DNA of 64,000 nucleotides from Batkoa obscura (Eukaryota): NCBI GenBank assembly GCA_030770535.1, contig JASVEC010000013.1, positions 434,001 to 498,000 of the forward strand, read 5' to 3'. Shown piece by piece: positions 13,338 to 22,094 of this stretch (position 1 is its first letter; each line of letters starts with the position of its first letter). The notes under the pieces were generated by a model. It saw only the letters and a program-made list of their open reading frames with translations, ran no database searches and was not told where the DNA came from. The position numbers and the translations under genes were made by a program.

Positions 13338-14177
13338 AAGTAGAAACTTTACTTTGGTCAAACACTTAATGATAGCGCTGAGTCCAAAATGTACATAATA
13401 TGAACTCGATATCTTCTGTTATACTCAAAAAATCTAAGCATCAGTGTATGTATTAAGCTGCCCAAGAAATATATTTTTAGCTAAGAACCCTCCTGGACAC
13501 CAGGGTATCAGTTTCATTTTTTATTTTAAATACAATGCTTGTCTCCATCAAAAAGTTCTTTGATTCACATTAATTTTGTATTTAATCTATGGCTTTGATC
13601 CAGTAAAACAATAAAACACCTATAGACAAACTATACATATTCAAAAGAAGGAGTTTATAGATTATCAAATGCTAATTTAATGGACTAACACATATTTTTT
13701 AAATGGTTTAAAGTATTTCATAATTAGCTTACAAATATTTGATAATATTGTGTCAAAAGGGCCTTTTTACAACATCGCACCCCTGTATCATATCACTTAA
13801 AGATCTTATATCAATGGCCGCCATATTTTTCACTTCAATAAAACCTCTTTCCGTATAACCATTACCTCATTGCTTTTACTTGACATTTTGTTATATACTA
13901 AATCAAATCAATCATAAAACTTTCCTAATTTACTCATAACCCAGATTAAAACATTTATTTTTTCAGAAATTAAACTTACCATCCACATCTTAGTCAATGG
14001 ACAGGGACGTCTTTTTAAAACCTTATTTATTTGAATAAAAATACATATCTATTTATTGATTCAATAAAGCTATTACCCTTTGATCATCTACTTAAAATAG
14101 ACTAAAAAATGATTTATATACCAATTATTAAGAAAAAAGCAAAATTGTCAAATCAACAATTGCTAAATAAGAGAAAA

Positions 14178-14250
14178 GGTCCCGTGGCCCAATGGATAAG
14201 GCGTCTGTCTACGGAACAGAAGATTCCAGGTTCGATCCCTGGCGGGATCA
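14178..14250 (+). tRNA. tRNA-Arg(ACG)
   Basis: GGTCCCG/CGGGATC acceptor, anticodon arm TCTGT-CTACGGA-ACAGA, GGTTCGATCC. Confidence 0.95.
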
Positions 14251-14268
14251 TATTTGTTTCTTTTTTTT

Positions 14269-14394
14269 ATAAATTTTTTATTTTTTAGCTATATTAAATA
14301 CTTTTTTAATATAAATTTTTTATTTTTTAGCTATATTAAATACTTTTTTAATATAAATTTTTTATTTTTTAGCTATATTAAATACTTTTTTAAT
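14269..14394 (+). repeat. 42-bp minisatellite x3 (x4 in the other arm, ~19426-19593)
   Basis: Unit ATAAATTTTTTATTTTTTAGCTATATTAAATACTTTTTTAAT; a TATAAAT x6 run follows at 14464-14505. Confidence 0.9.
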
Positions 14395-14554
14395 ATAAAT
14401 TTTAATACATAATTAAATACATATAAGCTTGTACTTACTAAACAAAAAATATAAGTTAAAAGATATAAATTATAAATTATAAATTATAAATTATAAATTA
14501 TAAATTATAAAACAACTCATGATAATAATAATATAATTTATTCATATAAAAAAA

Positions 14555-14944
14555 CTAACAAGACCCATAACGATTTAATTTAACAAAAACAGAGTCTGGA
14601 CATCCTTTTTTAGAGTCTAAATCAATTGATCCACTTTGCATTTGATCAATTACATGACCAATACAATCTTTACCATAATGAAAGGTAATCTGGGTGGTAC
14701 CTGTAGATAATAGCGATTTGATAGAGAAATTGGGCACATCATTAGTACAGCCATAAATTCCTTTGATTGTTACATTTTTATTTTCACCTTTAAAATTAGG
14801 CTCAGAATAAAAGGAAGCGTCCATGGTAGGATTGGAATTTGGGTTCAAACTGACATCTCCGCAATTGTTGGTGATGGCTGGACACTTTTCGCAAGTGAAG
14901 AGATTATAAGATAAAATAGTTAAAAAGATTGATTTTAGTTGCAT
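14555..14944 (-). CDS. Small secreted Cys-rich beta/gamma-crystallin-like protein, 129 aa (copy 1)
   Basis: ATG at 14944 aligns with the paralog at 20724. Signal peptide, Greek-key-like FYSEPNFKG motif, 6 conserved Cys. Confidence 0.75.
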   Translation of the reverse strand: MQLKSIFLTILSYNLFTCEKCPAITNNCGDVSLNPNSNPTMDASFYSEPNFKGENKNVTIKGIYGCTNDVPNFSIKSLLSTGTTQITFHYGKDCIGHVIDQMQSGSIDLDSKKGCPDSVFVKLNRYGSC

Positions 14945-15185
14945 TTTAAGTTTCAATTATATTGAATTGATAAATGATTTTTATTTTCTTTGATAGATGT
15001 TTATTTTGTTTATATAACTTATTGATGTTTGTATATTACTATATGACTATTATGATATAAATCTTCACTCTTTTTTCAAAACATTTATTTTAAAATTTTA
15101 TTTTTATGCTAATTAACTATTTTTAATTAAGCTATAAATAATAGTATTTTATGCACATAGTAGTTAAGTTAATTTATCTTTATAT

Positions 15186-15282
15186 GAGGATGTTTTTTGG
15201 TTTCATTATTTTTTCCATTTTTTAAGCGCTATTTGAGCGGAAAGATTATTAGTAAATTTCTTAAACAAAAAAATACATCCCC
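15186..15282 (-). mobile_element. ~100-bp MITE (Sola-like family)
   Basis: GAGGATGT...ACATCCCC, TSD ATAT. Confidence 0.9.
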
Positions 15283-15455
15283 ATATGTTTTAATAGAATA
15301 TTAAAAATGGTATAAATATGCTATTACATCAATTTCAAAAATTATATTAATTGAACTATTAACATGAATTTATAAATGCTTTATATTATGATGTAATAAT
15401 AGGATAGAAAATATCAAAGATTATTGTTTTGGAATACTATAATGTTAAACTATAT

Positions 15456-15547
15456 GGGGATGTTTTTCTTGACTTCACTTTTCCATCTTTTAAGCGTTAT
15501 TTGAGTGGAAAGATTGTTAGTAAATTCTTACATAAAAATACATCCCC
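15456..15547 (-). mobile_element. ~100-bp MITE (Sola-like family)
   Basis: GGGGATGT...ACATCCCC, TSD ATAT. Confidence 0.9.
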
Positions 15548-15738
15548 ATATGTTAAAATTCCGCTTTAAAACATTAAGGGATAATTGATTTTTGATAGTG
15601 TATTGTTTGTTCTTAAAAAAGTGTTTTATTTTAACCACTTAGTAAAAAATTGTATTAACTATTTTTATAGACTTAGTTTTAAAAATAACATAAAATAACA
15701 TTAATTTTATTAAATTTTAATATTAATAATCAGTGAAG

Positions 15739-17178
15739 TTAATTTTTCACAAGTTCATCAATGAAAGCTAAAACTTTAACTTTAGCTTCAGCAACTTCTT
15801 TAGAATCGGTACCTCTTGGAACAGTAGCATCCGAACAATGGGAGGCACCCTTAACAATAATGGAAGGCATCGATTTATAATAAGATTTAGAAACAGAGAG
15901 AGGCATCCAAGGATCTAATTCACCATTAACAAATAATAAATTCTTAATATAAATATCTTTAGAACGATATTTTAAATTAGTGGCATAAGTATTTGGTCTT
16001 TTTGGTCCAGCTGGACCAAAGAGATTCTTACAATATAAATCTTGATAGAAAGGTACTCTTGGTAAACGAGATCTAGTAGCAGAAGAGCCAAAATGAGGGG
16101 CTACTTGCCAATAACCAAATTCAGTGCAACATTGATATAACCATTGACGAGTAGCTGCACTAGGGTCACCCTTCTTTTCTGACTTAAAAGGAGTTAAATC
16201 AACAAAACTTTCACAGGTAGCGCCATTTAATACTTTTTTAAAATCTCTAGCAAAATCATCTAATTTTTCACTAGCAGTACCATTTAATTTTAAGGATTTA
16301 CAATAATCTACTACGTTACCAGGTTTATTATTATTATTATATTGAACAGTACCAGATACATAAGTTAATGCATCAACAAATAATTCATCACTAACTTTTT
16401 CACAAGTAAATTTGGATTTCAATGTATCAATATCTTTTCTATTTCTACTAAACATAATACTATCGATTTTCTTAAAGTTCTCAATATAATAATTCAAACA
16501 ATCTTTACCACCATTAAATTCTAAAGATCTTTGAACTTGTTGATCATATTCAAAAAAATCTTCTTTAGCTTCAACTGGAGCAGAAGAAGCAACTGCACCA
16601 TGAAATACTTCAGGATGTTTGAAACGAGTCCAAGCAGCTAAATTACCTGGATAACTACCACCAGAAATAATCCATTTAGTTTTTCCAAGATCATAATGAG
16701 GTTCATCCGATTGAGGTAATTTAACAGTTTTAGCAAAATTAGCTAAATCATCGACAGCTAATTCGGAACTAAGATACTGTAAACTCTTAGTAGATAAATC
16801 TGGCTTTGGATACGATTTACCGTAGAATCGATGTTCTAATGCATAAACTATTCCATTATGTTTTTCAGCTGCTTTAGCTAAAATAGAAATTTCAGTCCAA
16901 CGGGCATCTAATTCACCTTCACCACCAATAAATAAAAAGGCTGGGCCACCAGGTTTATAAAATTGATCATTTACAAAATATCTTTGTTGCCAATATTTTT
17001 TACTATCAGGTCCACCTTTATGTGTTAAGGTTTGATTAAACCACAATTCAGTACTTGGGTTGGCTAATCTGGAATTAAACTCATCCAACACCCGATCATC
17101 AATTTTTAAACTAACTAAAGGTAGTTTGGAGTATACAACAGATGCTATTAAGGAGGTTAATATTAATTTAATATTCAT
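15739..17178 (-). CDS. Secreted serine peptidase family S28 (PRCP/DPP2-like), 479 aa
   Basis: Signal peptide from ATG 17178; WQQRYFVN, LEHRFYGKS, nucleophile GGSYPG, NGELDPW and ASHCSD triad motifs; intronless. Confidence 0.95.
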   Translation of the reverse strand: MNIKLILTSLIASVVYSKLPLVSLKIDDRVLDEFNSRLANPSTELWFNQTLTHKGGPDSKKYWQQRYFVNDQFYKPGGPAFLFIGGEGELDARWTEISILAKAAEKHNGIVYALEHRFYGKSYPKPDLSTKSLQYLSSELAVDDLANFAKTVKLPQSDEPHYDLGKTKWIISGGSYPGNLAAWTRFKHPEVFHGAVASSAPVEAKEDFFEYDQQVQRSLEFNGGKDCLNYYIENFKKIDSIMFSRNRKDIDTLKSKFTCEKVSDELFVDALTYVSGTVQYNNNNKPGNVVDYCKSLKLNGTASEKLDDFARDFKKVLNGATCESFVDLTPFKSEKKGDPSAATRQWLYQCCTEFGYWQVAPHFGSSATRSRLPRVPFYQDLYCKNLFGPAGPKRPNTYATNLKYRSKDIYIKNLLFVNGELDPWMPLSVSKSYYKSMPSIIVKGASHCSDATVPRGTDSKEVAEAKVKVLAFIDELVKN

Positions 17179-18191
17179 ATTTTTTAAATTAAACAAAATT
17201 AAAAAGTTGATTTGTTTACAATACAACAAACCTCTTGTTTATATACTTTTATTTATTTATAATGCAATAGTCATCCGGTAAGTCATGAGCTTTTTCTATA
17301 AAATGTTAAGTTATTCCATTCCTAAAATTACCGCTTTTTTGATCATTCACTAAATTTATTGAGGTATAGCTATTAAAATTTAATTACCACTTTTTTACTA
17401 ATTTCAATTTCAACTTAAAGTGGGCATTTTTGTTTTACACTTTACTCAATATAAAGATATAAAAATTACTATAGTTGAATTTATTAAATACAAAAAATAA
17501 AGGCCCGGTTTATGATTAAATCTAATTTCTAAAAATTGCGCATTTGAATTTTAACAGTTGTATTCAAATTTTATTCCCACCAAATTATTGGAGAATTGAT
17601 AAAATTAATAAAATATCATACTATCCCTAAAGTCATATGCTAGAATATTAAATTCAATAGCAAAATATAAATTAGTTTAAGACTATAAAAAAATGAGCTC
17701 TAAAGATATAAAACAATGATATAATATTTTTATATTATAGATAAACCATTAATTTAATATTGTAAACGTTATAATATTGAATTTTTTTTAAGATATTTTT
17801 TTGAATAGTTCTTAACATATTACTAAATCTCAATAAAGTAGATCTGTTAGTTTACTAATATTTTTATAGCATTTAATTAACTTTTACCAAAAAATAACTT
17901 AATTTAATTAAATGGCATAAGTAATCACGTTCAAGAATATGAGTTCTGAAGATAACAATTCAAACAAATACCGTATATTACTCATCTAATGTAAATGAAA
18001 CTCAAATATTTTCAACTTTTAATATTGTTTTAATTGAATTTAAATCCTATTGATGCTAGTGATTAATGCTTTAAAATAGAATCAATAAGTTTAAAAGTTA
18101 ATAATAGATAAAATTTATAGCTTTTACACTTTACTTTTTTATAAAAATAAATAATAAATATGTTCATTTGTTTATGTACATAAAGCAATAT

Positions 18192-18290
18192 GAGGATGTG
18201 TTTTTATGTTTAAGAATTTTGCTAACAATCTTTCCACTCAAATAGCGCTTAAAAGATGGAAAAAGTGATGAAGTCAAAAAAAACACCCCC
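18192..18290 (+). mobile_element. ~100-bp MITE (Sola-like family)
   Basis: GAGGATGT...ACACCCCC, TSD ATAT. Confidence 0.9.
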
Positions 18291-18299
18291 ATATGATAT

Positions 18300-18689
18300 T
18301 TTAATTTTTTTTAATCTTGAACCTTTACAAGTGACTTATTAATGTAAAATATTATTAAAAAAGAAGTTAGAAAGCTATTTGACTCTGGCCGATTTACCTT
18401 TAGAATTACAGTTAAGGTGAGAAAAAGCTAAATGAGTAGCAGTAGGCCACACTATCTATCATTCAAGAGAGAGATTAGGAGCTAACAAATCAACATCTGA
18501 GCCTGTGTGAATGTTCACAGTGTGAGCAATAATGCTCTAAAGAACTGAGGATATGAAGGTGGTTGCAAAGGCGGGGCCTATATCAGGGAGAAGCACTTGA
18601 AGGTAGCTAGGAAGAAACAATGAGGAGTCAATTGAGAAGCTTGTAATGGAACAAAACGCATTAGTCTAATATTTTGTGTGGATGATAGT
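18300..18689 (+). mobile_element. GC-richer insert, possibly a Tc1-like transposase relic
   Basis: Composition differs from the flanks; broken frames read NALKN*GY..REKHLK and WNKTH*SNILCG, weakly like the Tc1 HTH-to-first-Asp region. Confidence 0.25.
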
Positions 18690-18875
18690 TTAATTAAAAA
18701 TAGTTAATTAGCATAAAAATAAAATTTTAAAATAAATGTTTTGAAAAAAGAGTGAAGATTTATATCATAATAGTCATATAGTAATATACAAACATCAATA
18801 AGTTATATAAACAAAATAAACATCTATCAAAGAAAATAAAAATCATTTATCAATTCAATATAATTGAAACTTAAA

Positions 18876-19265
18876 ATGCAACTAAAATCAATCTTTTTAA
18901 CTATTTTATCTTATAATCTCTTCACTTGCGAAAAGTGTCCAGCCATCACCAACAATTGCGGAGATGTCAGTTTGAACCCAAATTCCAATCCTACCATGGA
19001 CGCTTCCTTTTATTCTGAGCCTAATTTTAAAGGTGAAAATAAAAATGTAACAATCAAAGGAATTTATGGCTGTACTAATGATGTGCCCAATTTCTCTATC
19101 AAATCGCTATTATCTACAGGTACCACCCAGATTACCTTTCATTATGGTAAAGATTGTATTGGTCATGTAATTGATCAAATGCAAAGTGGATCAATTGATT
19201 TAGACTCTAAAAAAGGATGTCCAGACTCTGTTTTTGTTAAATTAAATCGTTATGGGTCTTGTTAG
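18876..19265 (+). CDS. Small secreted beta/gamma-crystallin-like protein (copy 2, identical to copy 1)
   Basis: Same translation as 14555-14944. Confidence 0.75.
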   Translation: MQLKSIFLTILSYNLFTCEKCPAITNNCGDVSLNPNSNPTMDASFYSEPNFKGENKNVTIKGIYGCTNDVPNFSIKSLLSTGTTQITFHYGKDCIGHVIDQMQSGSIDLDSKKGCPDSVFVKLNRYGSC

Positions 19266-19611
19266 TTTTTTTATATGAATAAATTATATTATTATTATCA
19301 TGAGTTGTTTTATAATTTATAATTTATAATTTATAATTTATAATTTATAATTTATATCTTTTAACTTATATTTTTTGTTTAGTAAGTACAAGCTTATATG
19401 TATTTAATTATGTATTAAAATTTATATTAAAAAAGTATTTAATATAGCTAAAAAATAAAAAATTTATATTAAAAAAGTATTTAATATAGCTAAAAAATAA
19501 AAAATTTATATTAAAAAAGTATTTAATATAGCTAAAAAATAAAAAATTTATATTAAAAAAGTATTTAATATAGCTAAAAAATAAAAAATTTATAAAAAAA
19601 AGAAACAAATA

Positions 19612-19684
19612 TGATCCCGCCAGGGATCGAACCTGGAATCTTCTGTTCCGTAGACAGACGCCTTATCCATTGGGCCACGGGACC
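19612..19684 (-). tRNA. tRNA-Arg(ACG), second identical copy
   Basis: Reverse complement of 14178-14250. Confidence 0.95.
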
Positions 19685-19886
19685 TTCTTTCTTTTATTAT
19701 AAATTATTATTTAAATTTTATATTATTTTTGATTTAACAGTGTAAATAGGTTAGCTTAAAAGCTCAGCTCAATTTTTGTCCAATTTGGATTTTTAATGAA
19801 AATTGCAAATTAAGCAAAGACGTTATGAAATTGGTTACTTTTGCTTATCTAAAGTTATTTATACGGGAACGTTTCTTTATCTACTA

Positions 19887-19985
19887 GGGGATGTATTTTT
19901 ATGTTTAAGAATTTTACTAACAATTTTTCCACTCAAATAGCGCTTAAAAGATGGAAAAAGTGATGAAGCCAAAAAAAACGCCCTT
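19887..19985 (+). mobile_element. ~100-bp MITE (Sola-like family)
   Basis: GGGGATGT...ACGCCCTT, TSD ACTA. Confidence 0.85.
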
Positions 19986-20723
19986 ACTATTTAATATTTT
20001 TCCAAAATTTGCGCTACATAGAAAATAGACAAAGAAAGTGAAATTGGGAAATTTTGTGCTTAATTTTAACTGAGCTTTTAAACTTACACATAAAAAAAGG
20101 ATACAAAAGGGTAATGAAGAGGTAAGCTTCAATTGAGAGAGGATAAAATATTAACTACCTAAAAATGTTGGGTTGAATTTTTAAATTCATCTATTAAGAT
20201 CAATTTAAAATACTTTCAATTATCAAAACTTACTGAAAATAATAATCATACAATCAGTTTTAACTAAAGTACAATCCATTATCTTTTAAATTTTATCAAA
20301 AGCACATTTAGCTTAACGCGCTTGATATTGCAGTGCTTTTAAGTAAACTATCTTTGATATTATATGATACATTATTACACCATAGTATCTAAAGCTTTTT
20401 AAGTTAGTACTTTATTCTTAATATTAGGTTGAATACTACAGACATTTCAATACAACATTTTGAATTCTCTACAAAAAAAGATATAAAGGACATTAAATTC
20501 TGCTATTATGTGCATAAAGCAATATTACAGTAAATTAATTAAAAATAGTTTTACTAATACACGTCAAAATTTAAAAATAACTGCTTAGAAGGGGTTAAAT
20601 TATTTCATACTTAATTTTGAAGTTATTTTTAACTGTTTGTACTGATCTAAAAAATTCCATACTATATAAACAGTAGAAATATACTTAATAAAATATTAAA
20701 AACAACAATTTAATATAGCAAAA

Positions 20724-21113
20724 ATGCAATTCAACTCTATCTTTTTAACTGTTTTGACATTTAGCATAGTCAATGCAGATAAATGTCCACCAATTTATGA
20801 CAATTGTGGAAATGTAAGTTTGCCACCAAATAGTAATACTACTATGGATGCAACCTTCTATTCAGATCCAAACTTTAAAGGAACTACAAAGACTGTCTCA
20901 GTTAAAGGAGTGTATGGATGTACTAATGATATGCCCGACTTTGCTATTAAATCCTTATTATCTACAGCTACTACTCAAATCACTTTTCATTATGGTAAAG
21001 ATTGTGTAGGCCATGTAATTGATCAAATGATGGGTGGTTCAGCTAATTTAAATTCAACAAAAGCTTGCCCTGGGTCCGTGTTTATTAAGTTGAATAGATA
21101 TGGTTCTTGTTAA
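20724..21113 (+). CDS. Small secreted beta/gamma-crystallin-like protein (diverged copy 3), 129 aa
   Basis: Gap-free alignment to copies 1/2; FYSDPNFKG, GCTND and KLNRYGSC conserved. Confidence 0.8.
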   Translation: MQFNSIFLTVLTFSIVNADKCPPIYDNCGNVSLPPNSNTTMDATFYSDPNFKGTTKTVSVKGVYGCTNDMPDFAIKSLLSTATTQITFHYGKDCVGHVIDQMMGGSANLNSTKACPGSVFIKLNRYGSC

Positions 21114-22094
21114 TCTTTTTAATGTGAATAAAGTAGTTACTAATAATTAGCATAGTTTTTTGTCTGAAATTGATTATAAATTATTACCTCTTAAGTGGAT
21201 GTAGGCTTACTTCCATCTAAGTTAGATATTTTAAACTATGTTTAATCCATAAAAAAATTAATATTTATAACAAAAAAATTCAACTAGAATACAAAAAAAA
21301 TTATTTTAAAAAATAACAATATAACTAAACCAATAGAATAATATTCAATACCTGAATGAAAATCTTTTAATGTATACACGTTGTTTAAAAAGGTACTATT
21401 GAAACAGCGAAGTACATATATAAAAGTAACTTCAATTCAACCTTAAAATATTGGGTTAACTTTAACCTAAGGTTCAATCTTTTCCCAGTTTTGATTTATT
21501 CTAAGAATAATCTTTTTTTCGACGAGAAACTAATCCTAAAGGTGCACGACTGGAACATCAAAGTATATTTTACTGCTAAATAAGATTGCTCTTATACACA
21601 AAAATCAATATGTGTTGCAATCAATGCTTAGCCTATTTTTTTTCATTAAAAACTAGCATCGTTTGGAAGAACCTTCTAGCGAATTAAGTATAAACAGTGC
21701 GAAAATGAGAAGTATGCTTTTTCTGTTAAAAAACTAAGAAACTACTTTTTGAATTTTAAACTGATTAAAATAAAAAAGAAAAGGTTGAATTTTTTTTTGT
21801 TTTTTGTTTAATTTTCAAATTAGCTTTTAATATTGGAAATTCAAACTTGAATAAAAAAACATAATTTCAACTTGGGTTAAAATTCATTCATATTTCGCTG
21901 CCTTAAAATATAGTATGGATTCAATATGACAATAAGTTCGACATAATTCGTGGAATTCATGAGTTGATCCAATGAAATCAGTTTTACATAAATTGGTTAC
22001 TTTTTACTGGTAAGCATGGGAAAAATGGAGAAAGTTGAGCTTTGAACAAAAATAAATCAATTCAAATTACGAAACCATTTTAATTCTTAAAACA

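Larger units (their letters stand above)
14176..15130. repeat. Left arm of a ~1-kb inverted repeat (partner 18690-19686)
   Basis: Reverse complement matches 18690-19686; the only difference seen is 3 vs 4 copies of a 42-bp unit. Confidence 0.95.
18690..19686. repeat. Right arm of the ~1-kb inverted repeat (partner 14176-15130)
   Basis: Contains the identical 129-aa CDS and tRNA-Arg in the opposite orientation. Confidence 0.95.

Noticed and set aside
13380..14030. Possible degenerate coding or transposase relic on the minus strand
   Set aside because: Multiple stops and no motif I could assign.
14269..14394. 42-bp repeats as a CRISPR-like array
   Set aside because: Head-to-tail units with no spacers, in a eukaryotic context; a minisatellite.
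19408..19608. 66-aa repetitive ORF
   Set aside because: Translation of the 42-bp minisatellite.
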